A stretch of DNA of 63,376 bases, the filler included, from Octopus bimaculoides (lineage: Eukaryota): assembly GCF_001194135.2 (NCBI RefSeq). It is 5 parts of 5 records of this genome, joined end to end, with 100 filler letters (N's around TTAATTAATTAA, not from the genome) between each part and the next. Parts side by side here need not be neighbours in the genome. Positions count along the whole stretch, not along the records: positions 23,765 to 48,832 come from NC_069006.1; 4 more parts are not named here. One strand, given 5' to 3'. Each line of letters opens with the position of its first letter. The stretch's first letter is position 1. The notes beneath the pieces are model-generated. The model saw only the letters and a list, made by a program, of their open reading frames with translations. It made no database searches and had not been told where the DNA came from. Shown here in pieces: positions 23,860-36,976 of this stretch. The position numbers were made by a program, and so were the translations under genes.

Positions 23860-25413
23860 AAGCAGTGGCTCCAAATAACCTATCCAACCCATGTATATAT
23901 GTATTGTGGTGAAAGTGGTGGGGCTGGATGTGTGTATATGTGTGTGTGGACTCGCTTGTTTTATTGACAAACGGGGTTTCAGCAAGACAGAAAATGACCA
24001 TCACCTCACGGCTACCAGTGTGTAAGGTCAAAGGTGAAGACTTCCGTTAGCATCCTCTGCCTCACCCCGTTGCGTCTTTCCCTGTCGCCACTGGTTTTAT
24101 CAAGAAAGTTTGTTGGTGCTGGTGTCTCGGTCTACTGAACACTCTTCATGATGGTCATTTATTCTGGTGGGTCTGGTTTATGCACAGCCAGTTCTACTCC
24201 CTTGTTCATTCAAACTTGTATTGATTTAGTGCCATAAGTATCACAAGCCCAGCAGTTAACAGGAGCATGGAGTTATCTGCTCTTAGATGAGCAGCTAAAG
24301 AGATGAAGGAAGTGTATGTATGTTATCATCATCATCATCATTATTGTTTAAAGTCTTGGCATGGCTTTAACAGTTTGACTGGGGACTGGCAAGCCAGGAG
24401 GCCACACCAGGCTCAGATCTGATCTGGAAAGGTTTCTACAGCGGGATGCCCTCCCTAACGCCAACCACTCGGAGAGTATAGTGAGTGGCTTTTATGTGCC
24501 ACCGGCACGGGAGCCATTCAGGTGGCACTGGCATTGGCCATGTTTGGATGGTGCTTTTTACGTGCTACCAGCACGGGGAACCAGTCAAGCTGTACTGGCA
24601 ACGACCCATGCATGAATGGTGCTTATTGCATGCCACCAGCATGGGAGCCAGTCAGGCTGTGTGTATACTTATATAATATACAGAGAGAGAGAGAGAGAAG
24701 GGGAGTATAATTTGTGCAGTTGAATGTATGACTGCTACTATTAAGTTTAGAACTCCATATAGATTATCATGCTGCTGTCTGCTCCCAGTTTAGTGGGTTG
24801 GTCACTGTTATGCTTAGTACTATCACTAGTTGCGATATACAGAGCAAATTTAAGAGAAATTACAATAAACACAAGCTTTTATATATATGATATATATATA
24901 TATATATATATAAGCAATGTTAATTCTCTAAATGAANNNNNNNNNNNNNNNNNNNNNNNNNNNNNNNNNNNNNNNNNNNNNNNNNNNNNNNNNNNNNNNN
25001 NNNNNNNNNNNNNNNNNNNNNNNNNNNNNNNNNNNNATACATATATATATATACATATATATATATATACATATATATATATATCATCCAGTGTTTTAGA
25101 TCCAGGTTTTGTCCCCGTTAACGGGGGTGGCTGGATCTACCTCAATGCCATAGCAACTGAGGCAGGCAGATATGCAGCCCACCCCAACCTTTGGGCTGGC
25201 TGGTGCCCATTCTCCCTTGCCATCACGAGGCTTTTTTGGAGCTGGATTTTCTATGGGGAGCATGCCCTTGCTTACCCCCCAACCTCAGTTTCAAGACGAA
25301 TGGTCCCGAGACCAAGTCCTCTACCATGATTTTTAAGAAATGTGGTGGAAAACTAGCTCAGGAAGGCCGAGACACTACTACTTGAGACCCCTTTCGGAGT
25401 CCCTCTATATGTG

Positions 25414-25448
<35 letters not shown>

Positions 25449-25875
25449 NNNNNNNNNNNNNNNNNNNNNNNNNNNNNNNNNNNNNNNNNNNNNNNNNNNN
25501 NNNNNNNNNNNNNNNNNNNNNNNNNNNNNNNNNNNNNNNNNNNNNNNNNNNNNNNNNNNNNNNNNNNNNNNNNNNNNNNNNNNNNNNNNNNNNNNNNNNN
25601 NNNNNNNNNNNNNNNNNNNNNNNNNNNNNNNNNNNNNNNNNNNNNNNNNNNNNNNNNNNNNNNNNNNNNNNNNNNNNNNNNNNNNNNNNNNNNNNNNNNN
25701 NNNNNNNNNNNNNNNNNNNNNNNNNNNNNNNNNNNNNNNNNNNNNNNNNNNNNNNNNNNNNNNNNNNNNNNNNNNNNNNNNNNNNNNNNNNNNNNNNNNN
25801 NNNNNNNNNNNNNNNNNNNNNNNTTTGTGAGTGGATTTGGTAGACGGAAACTGAAAGAAGCCTGTCGTATATATG

Positions 25876-25906
<31 letters not shown>

Positions 25907-26394
25907 GTATGTTTGTGTGTCTGTGTTTGTCCCCCCAACATCGCTTGACAACCGATGCTGGTGTGTTTACGTCCCTGTGATCTAGCGGTTCGGCAAAAGA
26001 GACCAATAGAATAAGTACTAGGCTTACAAAGAATAAGTCCTGGGGTCGATTTGCTCGACTAAAGGCAGTGCTCCAGCATGGCCACAGTCAAAAGACTGAA
26101 ACAAGTAAAAGAGTAAAAGTGAGTAAAGAGTAATAAACTAATTTTAAAGATGTGTAATTCTACATTCTTCTTTGTGTGTGTGTGTGTGTGCATGGTCTAG
26201 TGGTTAGAGTGCTGTGCTCTTAAGTGAAGCATTTCATGTCACGTTGCCCTGGGATCGCTTTGACACCGGAGGTGTGGCACACTGTGCACCTTAACAAGCA
26301 ATGTGGACCTGATGAAAGGAACAAGGTAATGTACAGCACAAACATTGGATCACAATAAACAAACTCATATGTTATCATCAACAGAAGATGACTT

Positions 26395-26431
<37 letters not shown>

Positions 26432-26899
26432 TCACCCAACCCTACAGCTTCCACAACCCGTGTTGGTTTGTTGACATCCCTATAACTTAGTGATTTGGCA
26501 AAAGAGACAGATAGAATCAGCAGCAGATTTTGAAAAAAAAAAAAATCATAAGTACTAGGGGCAGTTTGTTCATCTAAAACCCTTCGAGACTGTGCTCCTA
26601 GCATGGTCACAGTCCAACAACTAAAATGAGTAAAGGAGAAAAGATTAAAAACACAGAGTTTGTATTGTTTCAAGCATTCGTAAGTAGGGTCACCGTCTGC
26701 TGTGAAATACTGGCTTAGCAATGGTTGTAGCCTACAAGTTGGTTCTTCAGTGGAAGATGCGAATGGATCAATCCCTGAAAGAGTTGTTAAGGCGGGTGGA
26801 GGTAATAAAATCCATTTGTGGTTCCATATTGATGAAGAACGACTGTAATTGTTCTGAACCATCCAGACAACATCGGTCAGTGATGAAACAGAATTGAGT

Positions 26900-27430
26900 G
26901 TACCATCACCAACCTGTTCACTGTCTCTTGAATAACAAGATGCCACAGAATGTAACAGTGTTGATCAAACACGTGTGTTCACCAACACTGACCTGTTCAT
27001 CTTGTGATTAACAGGGTACCAAAGACTAACTGTTGATCAATCACAATCATGTTCATCAACCTGTTCATCTTGTCATGAACATCAAAACACCACAGAATGT
27101 AACTGAATGTTCATCAAATAGTTGTGTTCACCAACACAGGGTACCATAGAATGTAACAATATTGATCAAACACCAACTTGTTCACCATCTCATNNNNNNN
27201 NNNNNNNNNNNNNNNNNNNNNNNNNNNNNNNNNNNNNNNNNNNNNNNNNNNNNNNNNNNNNNNNNNNNNNNNNNNNNNNNNNNCACCACAGAATGTAACT
27301 GAATGTTCATCAAATAGTTGTGTTCACCAACACAGGGTACCATAGAATGTAACAATATTGATCAAACACCAACTTGTTCACCATCTCATGAACATCAAGA
27401 TACCACAGAATGTAGACCAAACACCACCCT
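26900..27430. repeat. Diverged 50-63 bp minisatellite
   Basis: Recurrent cacagaatgtaac…ttgatcaaaca…tgttcaccatctcatgaacatcaa units, spanning a gap. Confidence 0.7.
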
Positions 27431-27488
27431 GTTCATTATCGCATGTCTCTACACTTCTTCAGGTGGGGTGGATTTATTTTCTGAACAA

Positions 27489-27530
27489 TCAAACAGTAAT
27501 CCCCAAGGTATTAAATCTACCCAAGATGAA
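27489..27530 (-). CDS. Candidate terminal coding exon FILGRFNTLGITV*
   Basis: Strong acceptor (ttttttttcttgtgtttaccttcctgcag|) 235 nt past the previous donor. Phase-0 reading stops after 13 codons. No similarity to the known XRN1 C-terminus was recognised. Confidence 0.3.
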   Translation of the reverse strand, partial: FILGRFNTLGITV

Positions 27531-27764
27531 CTGCAGGAAGGTAAACACAAGAAAAAAAACTACATCACCATTATCAATCATCATGCTAACATCCAATTTT
27601 TCTTGCTGTCATGGGTTAGAGGAAATTGCGATGAATAAAAAGCATTAAAAAAAAAAGACAAAGCAAAAGAAAAAGAAAAGAAATAATACTAATAATAATT
27701 ATTACAATGAAAACAAACAGACATTTGGTAGATCCATTATTATTATTATTTTTTCATATCTCAC

Positions 27765-28003
27765 CTCAGAATTGCTTGTGCTTCCATTGGCAACACTGCA
27801 GGACAGTGAAGTATGAACTTGGCTGGGCGTTAATGTCGTAGACACTAGAGGAGTACTAAATGTGGCCGCTTGCTTCGTTGCAAACTGGTTACCAGCATTT
27901 CCTGGGTATAATACTGTTGGTGCTGCAGTGCCTCCAGAATTGAGGTTAGCTTGAGTTGTATACCAGGGTAGCTTCTGAAGATGTTGAGGGACTATGCCCC
28001 AGC
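27765..28003 (-). CDS. Exon (G)WGIVPQHLQKLPWYTTQANLNSGG…NQFATKQ…NGSTSNSE of XRN1-like gene
   Basis: Acceptor tcttgtgttcccctag| and donor GAG|GTGAGA. Starts phase 1, completing the Gly codon begun in exon 34487-34640; 239 nt open, ends phase 0. Confidence 0.65.
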
Positions 28004-28778
28004 CTAGGGGAACACAAGACATAACACTGCTTTTCAAAGTGAGGTCCGTTTTGAGTAGATTGGGGGGGGAGGGGAACTTTCGGTGGGGTTGTTTCTTTTT
28101 GGTCCTTTTGTTTAACCGTTCAGCATTTAAATTAGCCATGTATCAGACCCAAATATTTCTACGTGTCTTATATTTAAACTGTCCAGGTCTAGCCTCTCAT
28201 GCCTCTCCCACCTCCCCTACAATGTCATTCTTAAAACAATCACATCATCAAAATCTTGAAACTATGAGAATGCATGATTAATTCAAAACAAATGTGGATA
28301 AATAAGGATTACATTTGAAAGAGAGTAATCTGAATGCTAAAGAGAGAGAGAGTAAATTCAAGGATTAAAAGAAATGGAGTGAGGAATTTACAACCTTTGA
28401 CATGGGATGAAATTGAATGAGAGGAAGCAAAATTTAGAAGAACTGTTAGTTGTATTCTTGATAATTCTTGCTACTATAGGAAAAAAAAAAAAACTAGAAA
28501 TTTTGAGAGGAGGGGGCTTATCAATCACATCAACCCATGTATTTTATCAACCCTGAAAAGATGAAAGGTAAGTTAGTTAATTTTAATGGCTTCTGAACTC
28601 AGAACATAAAAAAAAAAAAGACAGAAATGCCACCATGCTTGATGAGATTAACTCCAAAATGATGAAAGGAAAAGTTGACCTTGGTAACCTTTCAATAGAG
28701 CAAGAGGAAATGCTGCAAAGCATTTTATCTGGTGTTGGGAGCAATTCTGCCAGCTTGTCACCTTAACTGTATCCTTAG

Positions 28779-29254
28779 CCCTTTTCATACCAACCTACCT
28801 GAAACCGCCTCTGGTTCTGTAATACAAATGTCTTGCTTACAAAAGCTCTGAATTAAAATCTTCCACCAAACCTTAGTCACAAATAATGTTCCTAACACTA
28901 GCTTAATGATAACTAAATTTATTTTACTAAATTCTTTGTTATATTTAAAATTAATTGAAAGTAACACAGAGAATCTTAAGATAAATACAGTAATGAAAGG
29001 GTTAAAATATATAATAGAAACACAATTCTTAACCCTTTTGATACCAACCTGACTGAAACAACCTTTGGCTCTCTAGAACAAATATCTCGTTTTCATAAGT
29101 TTTGAATTAAAATCTTCCACCAAACCTTAGTCACAATTTATGTTCCTAACACTAGCTTAATGATAAAGAAGTTGTTTTGTTAAATTCTTTGTTATATTTA
29201 AAATTAATTGAAAGAAACACAAAGCATCTCAACAGAAATACGGTAATGAAGGGG
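28779..29254. mobile_element. Tandem pair of TTAA-type MITEs of a second family
   Basis: Two similar units of about 222 bp (28779-29001 and 29033-29254), each ccctttt.atacc…aaggg|TTAA. Partial relatives at 42290-43012 and 45730-46020. Confidence 0.7.
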
Positions 29255-31739
29255 TTAATAAATAAACATACTATTGGTGTGTTGGTGCTGTGGTGGTTTT
29301 GATGGTGTGGCTGTAACTACAGTAGTTCAATAGTGGTAGTAGTGGCTATAATAGTAGTTGTAGTGGTACATTCTGAGTGCAGTGGTGCAAGGGCTGCAGC
29401 ATCGCAATAGCGGGGCTGTTGCGGTCATTAACAAGTGACTATATCTAAGAAATACACACAACACAATCTGCCTTGTCTGCATGGAATATCTAAGGGATAC
29501 ACTCAACACATTTTGACCGTCGAATGACGGATAGCCAAAGGTCAAGCAAAGGACGAAATCAACCAAGCATGGAAAGAAACATATATTTATTCATTTAGAT
29601 CAGTGGTTCTCAACCATTTGTTACCTATAGACCCCTTTGGTTTCTCCTCTCCTGGACCCTTATAATCATTCGATGGTTAAAAAAAAATAAAATAAAATAT
29701 TAGGAGTTGTATGAAATATCAAATATTAATTAGGAATTGTTAAAATATTTTATCGATCGCAGAAGTATAACCAATTTATTGCAGATAAATTTTAGCAATA
29801 AAATTCTGATATGGGACCCCGCCAAGAGTCATGTGGACCCTGGTTGAGGACCACTGATTTAGGGGGCTGACTGTAAATGACATATTTATAAATATAGACA
29901 ACACACTATAACCAAACTGCATAAAATGTTCATTCTGGCAAGATGTAATGTAAAGGCTTGTGGCCAAGTGGTTAGGATGTTGCGCTTGTGATTGCAAGAT
30001 CATAGCTTCAATTCCTGCACTGGGTGGTGCATTGTTCTCTTGTCCAAAACACTTCGTTTCATGTGACTCCTCCAGTCCACTTGGTTGTAAATGGATAATC
30101 CTAGCATGGATGGAGTCCTGTGTCAGGAAAGTGTTGTGATATCCCTTATACATCAAGGAAACTAGGTAATTAACTAATGAGTCCCTAGGAATTGAGACAG
30201 CAATGCCCAGAGGTTGATGATGATGATGATAAATATACAATGTTCATCCATTTAATAACTTGTCGAACCAAGTGAAATCATAGTCGTGGCCGATGCCAGT
30301 GTCACGTAACTGGTACCCGTGCTGGTGGCATGTAAAAAGGCACCCATTACACTCTTGGAGTGGTTGGCATTAGGAAGGGCATCCAGCCATAAAAACCATG
30401 CCAAATCAGACTGGAACCTGGTGCAGCCCCCTCAGCTTACCAGTTCCAGTCAAACTGTCCAACCCATGCCAGCATGGAAAGCGGATGTTAAGAAGTGATG
30501 ATGATAATGAACATGTGATGGGATTATTTTGCCAAGATCACCTCATCATCGACATCAGGTGAAGGCATCAATATTTTTTTAATTACTTTTAAATCATTAA
30601 GATTATTTGATTTACCTATGCAGCATATAGCTGAAGGCTGAAGAAAGTTCACANNNNNNNNNNNNNNNNNNNNNNNNNNNNNNNNNNNNNNNNNNNNNNN
30701 NNNNNNNNNNNNNNNNNNNNNNNNNNNNNNNNNNNNNNNNNNNNNNNNNNNNNNNNNNNNNNNNNNNNNNNNNNNNNNNNNNNNNNNNNNNNNNNNNNNN
30801 NNNNNNNNNNNNNNNNNNNNNNNNNNNNNNNNNNNNNNNNNNNNNNNNNNNNNNNNNNNNNNNNNNNNNNNNNNNNNNNNNNNNNNNNNNNNNNNNNNNN
30901 NNNNNNNNNNNNNNNNNNNNNNNNNNNNNNNNNNNNNNNNNNNNNNNNNNNNNNNNNNNNNNNNNNNNNNNNNNNNNNNNNNNNNNNNNNNNNNNNNNNN
31001 NNNNNNNNNNNNNNNNNNNNNNNNNNNNNNNNNNNNNNNNNNNNNNNNNNNNNNNNNNNNNNNNNNNNNNNNNNNNNNNNNNNNNNNNNNNNNNNNNNNN
31101 NNNNAACTCATTTCTACAGCTCAGTGAACTAGAGCAACATGAAATAAAGTGTCTTGCTCAAGGACACAATGCACAGCCTGGAATCGAACTTACTACCTCA
31201 TGATTGCAAGCTTGACACTGAGCCATGACCCTTCACCAAGGCAGGCAATACACAACTTTGTGTTTTTTTTTGAGAAGCAGACGGCATGGGACCTGACTCC
31301 TCACCAGGGCAAGTTGCACAACTAAAACAAAATCCAAGGTGATTTCTCGAGTTTGCCATTCAGAAAGTCACGTGGCTCACAGTTTACCTATGACAGCTGT
31401 GGGATACTCACCTACCTACATATTAATTCAGGGGCAGGTAATTCAAACAACTGAATCTTCATGAAGCAACAGAAAATCACCACTACCACACTTGTTCCCT
31501 TAGCAACCCAAGGACCAATACTCCATTGGTGCTAGATTTCACTGGTTATGGATGACCAATTTCTCTCTCTGTCATCTCTCGTTAAGGCATTTGTTAATTA
31601 AGATAATCACACACTTCATTTCCACAGAGTAACAAATGAACTGAAAAACTTTGTTGACACCCTACACCTTTTCCTATTTTTCAGGTGAAAAAAATCCCAG
31701 GATTTTGAAGGCAAGTCAATTTCCTGTTGATCTGTACTT

Positions 31740-32040
31740 CTTTAAAAGAATCCACCCATCCATTTTCTCTGCCCACTATCCTCAAAGAGAGTCCTTAGGA
31801 ATTGAATCCTCAGGCGCCTCATCCAAAAGGGTCCTATCAGAAAGACCCAGCACAACACTTTCCTGCTGGATAGCCAAACATGACCTACTGAATCTATGGA
31901 TATCATCCAACTATTTTGTTCTTGGTCTACCGCTAGGCCTCCCTACCAGTTGGCTCAGCTTGAAGGATCTGTCTTATGGTTTTTTCTTGTGACATTCTAA
32001 TCACATGGCCATTGTACCAGAGCTGTAGCCTCTCAAATTT
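31740..32040 (-). mobile_element. RTE-type LINE 3' fragment (post-RT region)
   Basis: Frameshifted GHVIRMSQEKTIRQILQAEPTG…RPSGRPRTKxLDDIH, matching the GHV.RM…GRPR.RW.D.I motif. Confidence 0.7.
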
Positions 32041-32394
32041 AAAACAATGACAATTTGAATTTGTTTCAAACCAGCTAGGACTACAAACTCTAAACATAGT
32101 TTAAGAAAGCGTAAACATTCTTAATGAAACATCAGCTGAAAAGTAGGCTTAATCACATCATTAAAAGCTTTGTTAATTTTTATATTGTTTCCATAGAAAC
32201 CAATGAGCAAATTCCAATAGTTTTATCTAATGCAGTAGTTTTCAACCATTTTTTGCATATTGATCCCTTTGGTTCCAATTTCACTCAGGGGAGAGGGACT
32301 CTCATAGCCATTCAATGTCAAAAAAACTCCCCATTATATTTTATGATTAAATATTATTAGGAATTGTATAACAAAAAAAAATGTTAATGAGCAA

Positions 32395-32666
32395 GATCGT
32401 TGCCAGTGCCCCTGGACCGGCTCTTGTGCGGGTGGCACATAAAATACACCATTTTGAGCATGGCCGTTGCCAGTACCGCCTGACTGGCCTTCGTGAGGGT
32501 GACATGTAAAAGCACCCACTACACTCTCTGAGTGGTTGGCGTTAGGAAGGGCATCCAGCTGTAGAAACTCTGCCAAATCAGATTGGAGCCTGGTGTTGCC
32601 ATCTGGTTTCACCAGTCCTCAGTCAAATCGTCCAACCCATGCTAGCATGGAAAGCGGACGTTAAAC

Positions 32667-32727
<61 letters not shown>
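32395..32727 (+). mobile_element. SINE with (ATG)n tail (…ggttggcgttaggaagggcatccagc…catgctagcatggaaagcggacgttaaa)
   Basis: Shared body recurs at about 8020-8180(-), 24320-24660(-), 30270-30510, 34830-35240, 35260-35410(-), 39150-39340 and 48310-48810. Confidence 0.8.
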
Positions 32728-32729
<2 letters not shown>

Positions 32730-33102
32730 GTGTATTGTAGAAGTGCAACCAATTTATTGCAGATCAATTTTAACAACAAAATCATATATGGAGCCCCCAC
32801 AAGGGTTATATTGGACCTTGGTTGAAAACCACAGATCTAATGTTAGGAATGCTTGGAGTCGGTTCATACAGTATGCAAATCGTTCTCAAACTCACACAAG
32901 GCAAGCAATTTTGAGGGGGGGGGATCAGGCTGATTACCTTAATCCCAGTACTCAACTGGTACTTCATTTGACTGACCTCAAAAGCATGAAAGACAAAATC
33001 AGACAGATAAGAGCTGAAAGCCATTTGACATTTTATCTGACACACTTATGATTTGGCCTGCTTGCTAGCTTACGGTATGCAAACAATGTGGTCATACAGT
33101 AT

Positions 33103-33240
33103 GCAAAATCCGTGTAAGATTACACAAGTCCATCTAGGATTACACAAGTCTGCGTACGCTTGCACTAATCCATGCAGGATTACACTAATCCATGTAAGAT
33201 TATGCTAATCCATGTAGGGTTACACAAGTACATTGAATCA
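33103..33240 (+). repeat. Diverged 20 bp tandem repeat, about 6 units
   Basis: tacac(a/t)a(g/a)tccat(c/g)tag(g/a)at units. Confidence 0.7.
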
Positions 33241-33978
33241 GTGAATTTACTTCTGGAGCTGATTGGACAGACTTTTGTTTGTTATCATTTCCCATCCTGG
33301 ATGAAGTAGAAGTGAGGAAAAAAAACTTTTTTAAAAAAGGGGGGAGGTGGGGTTTTAGCTCCCCACGATTTCTTACGAGTATGAACTGGTAACATGTACC
33401 ATGTTTTTACTAATTGTTTTAGGCCCCTATGTAGTCGGGAGCAGATGCAGATACCCTCTCAGCTCTCCTACCCTTTGCCCAATAGAACACCAAGGATGTG
33501 ACAGACAGAGAGAAGCAGCAGCAGCAGCACTAGGTTGGTACCTATTTACATCTGAGGGGACTGGGACAATGTGAAATGAAGTGCTTTGTTCAAGGGCACA
33601 ATGTGCCGCCTGCACAACGAATCAAACCCACAATCTAATGGTTGTATGCCCAACGTCCTAACCACCAGGCCATGTACCTTCACAAATAGTTGTTAAGGGG
33701 TTCCTTGCAAAGAGCAGATTTATTGATGTTGTCATAATAATAATAATAATAATAATAATAATCCTTTCTACTATAGGCGCAAGGTCTGGAATTTGTGGGG
33801 AGGGGGATAGTTGATTACATCAACCCCAGTGTTTCACTGATACATAATTTATCGACCTCGAAAAGATGAAAGGCAAAGTCAACCTTGGCGGAATTTGAAC
33901 TCAGAACACGAAGACAGACAAAATGCTGTGAAGCATTTTGTTTGGTGTACTAACAGGTCTGTCAGCTCATTATTTCAC

Positions 33979-34013
<35 letters not shown>

Positions 34014-34212
34014 CCTTTCTACTGAAATTTTGTGGGGGAGGGGACTAATCGATTACATCGACCCCAGTGCGTAACTGGTACTTAATTTATTAACTCCAAA
34101 AGGATGAAAGGCAAAGTCGACCTCAGTGGAATTTGAACTCAGGACATAGTTACAGGTGAAATACCGCTAAGCATTTCGTCCAGTGTGCTAATGATTCTGC
34201 CAGCTCGCCACC

Positions 34213-34251
<39 letters not shown>

Positions 34252-34486
34252 TCAAGAATTATAATAAAAAAATGGCTTGATTAATCTTAAGTATTTCTCT
34301 GTTGATAAAAAAAAAATCATTATTTCAGAAATATAAGCAATGCGTAATATTTTTGAAGAAAACTACAATAATTTGTGGTCAATTTTTGAGGTTTGTAAGA
34401 AACAGAAACATATTTAAGCACATAACTAAAGAATTAACATAGAGCCAACCTTTTCCACACACATACACACACACATATATACTAAC

Positions 34487-34640
34487 CTGGGGCAGGCCCT
34501 CTAGGAACCACAGGGCTGAATGCAGAGTTGGGAGATGAAAACTGTTGGGGTATTTGTCCAAGGTGTGTGGCTGGCATGATTCCAGGGGGTGCGGCTTGCG
34601 GAGGCATCAACTGATATGGAACCATCATACTTTGAGCAGA
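34487..34640 (-). CDS. XRN1: Exon SAQSMMVPYQLMPPQAAPPGIMPATHLGQIPQQFSSPNSAFSPVVPRGPAP(G) of XRN1-like gene
   Basis: Acceptor ttattctcatctcag| and donor CCAG|GTTAGT. Starts phase 0, matching the preceding exon, and ends phase 1. AAPPGIMP and PAPGW echo the recalled human XRN1 tail (AVPPGTIP, PPTGW). Confidence 0.65.
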
Positions 34641-35626
34641 CTGAGATGAGAATAATATAAAAAGGAAAATGACGATTAAGTGGGAGGATATAGAGGAGAG
34701 AGAGAGAGACAGGCATTGAGAGTAGGTTGTTGAGGTAGATCTTTGATGGGTTGGAAATGAGCAGCGCTGCTTGTATGACAGAGACACTCATTTACAACCA
34801 CCATGTGATGTCAAGAGAACAGACGCATACACACACGTATAATATCGTGCTTGAGAAGATCCGTCAAGCCAAGTGAAATCATAGACATCACTGATGCCAG
34901 TGTTGTGTAACTGGCACGCAAAAAAGCAACCTTTGAACGTTGGGCCTCACAGAGGCAGTAACAAGTGATTGACAGCTTTGCCGATATACCATTCTTGACA
35001 AGACCTGTCAAGCCAAATGAGATCGCAGTCATGATCTTCACTGGTGTCACATAACTGGCACCCATGCTAGTAGCACGTAAAAAGCAGCCACTACACTCTT
35101 GGAGTAGTTGGTGTTAGGAAGAGCATCCAGGTGTAGAAACCAAGCCAGATCAGATCAGAATCTGGTGCACCTTCCCAGTTTACAAGTCAAACTGTCCAAC
35201 CCATGCCAGCATGGAAAACAGACATTAAATGATGATGATGTATATATATATATATATCATCATCATCATCATCGTTTAACGTCCGCTTTCCATGCTAGCA
35301 TGGGTTGGACGATTTGACTGAGGACTGGTGAAACCGGATGGCAACACCAGGCTCCAATCTAAATTTGGCAGAGTTTCTACAGCTGGATGCCCTTCCTAAC
35401 GCCAACCACTCAGAGATATATATATATATATATATACATACATATACACACACACCCATACACATAGTAGGCTTCTTTCAGTTTCTGTTTACCAAATTCA
35501 TTCACAAGGCATTGGTTAATCCAGGGCTATAGTAGAAGACACTTGCACAAAGTACCACACAATGGAATTGAAACTGAAACCACGTTACTGGAAGGCAAAG
35601 TTCTTGACCATGCACACACACACATG

Positions 35627-35665
<39 letters not shown>

Positions 35666-35824
35666 TATAATAATACTTGTGTTTTTCTCTGTCACAACAT
35701 ATGAATGAGTAAGAGAAGGGGTGATAGATGAATGAGGGAGGAAGGGGTGATGGCAGACTGGTAGTGGGAGCGTTTCAATTCTGTGTGAATGTATGTGTAA
35801 GTAAAAGGGAGGTATGTGAATGTT

Positions 35825-35859
<35 letters not shown>

Positions 35860-36469
35860 AATGGAAGTGAGATGGTGAGCATTAAATGTTGAAAAGAAAA
35901 ATCAAACAGCCTTTCAACTCTAAAATACTACAATTAGTCGTCATTTTTGACAGCACGGCGCCAGCTAGGAATGTGATGAATATTTCAGAACTAGATGTTA
36001 AAAATGTTATGTGTTGTTGTTCTTGAGCAAAACTCTTCATTTCACTTTGCTGCAGTCCAGTCAGCTGATAAAAACAATCCTGCAACAGACCAGCATCCCA
36101 ACCAGGGAGGAAAAGAGAAACCAGAGGAACCAGGTATCGGGACGTGTGCTCCTTACAAAGTAATGTGGACTATCCATGGGCTATTTAGTAACACAGCCTG
36201 CTAAGAATAACAGCCAAATTTCCTTTAAACCCCTATTTACCATCTTAAACAAAGGAAGTTTCGATTAGAATCAGATAAATGCAGAATTGTGATGACTGTA
36301 AAAATTTGATCATAAAAGGTTTGATTGACAAAGGCTGACCTGGGGCTAAACAACAACAATTAGATAGTGGCGGGGTCACTTCTTGTAATGAGTCAAAATT
36401 AAACCATGGGTCTCAAATAAATAGGCAGGGGCCAATAAAAAAAGGAATATAAAGGCAAAAATATTTAAG

Positions 36470-36880
36470 TGAAGAATGAAAGTTTCAAAAAACAAGAGCC
36501 ACCTGTATGAGTGTGAGTGAAGGAAGATGAGGCCTGAGTTAGCATGTGGAGAAGAGGTGTACATGAGATGTGAGCGTGAGTGTATGTATATGACACTTTT
36601 GCTTACCAAGTGGAGAAGACGTATACATGCTATACAAATGCATGTATGCATACATGCTAGTGAAGGTAGACTCGAGTGCAGGTGAACGTAGACATGAGTG
36701 CGAGTGAACGTAAATGAGGTCTTAGTTACCAAGTGAAGAAGATGTACACATATTACGTGACATACAAATGCGAGTGTGAGTGAAGGTAGAGGAGTGGTCG
36801 TTACCAAGTGGAGAAGAGGTAATATATGCTATGCAAATGTGAGTAAATGAGGCCATACTTACCAAGTGAAGAAGAGCTAT
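36470..36880 (-). repeat. Diverged tandem repeat (about 60-125 bp units) derived from an exon end plus splice donor
   Basis: TCTTCT(T/C)CACTTG|GTAA recurs with donors at about 36862, 36803, 36728 and 36605. Confidence 0.8.
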
Positions 36881-36976
36881 ACGTGCTGTGCTTTCAACTG
36901 CTTCATCTCGAGTTGCACAAGGTGTTCCCTGAAGCCTGTTGCCATTGGATAAGGTCACACAAGCTGTGATATGATT
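36863..36976 (-). CDS. XRN1: Exon encoding the C-terminal half of a dsRBD-like fold, NHITACVTLSNGNRLQGTPCATRDEAVESTARIALLHL; resembles the XRN1 C-terminal region
   Basis: Acceptor ttatatttcag| (alternative cacag| at 36964) and strong donor TTG|GTAAGT; 114 nt, phase 0-0. The peptide resembles human XRN1 TMTVCQVKLSNGLLVHGPQCHSENEAKEKAALFALQQL as recalled from memory. Confidence 0.65.

Noticed and set aside
27088-27392. Exact duplication of about 105 bp on both sides of a 90-nt gap
   Set aside because: Typical of unmerged overlapping contig ends in a repeat; cannot be called a real duplication without long reads.
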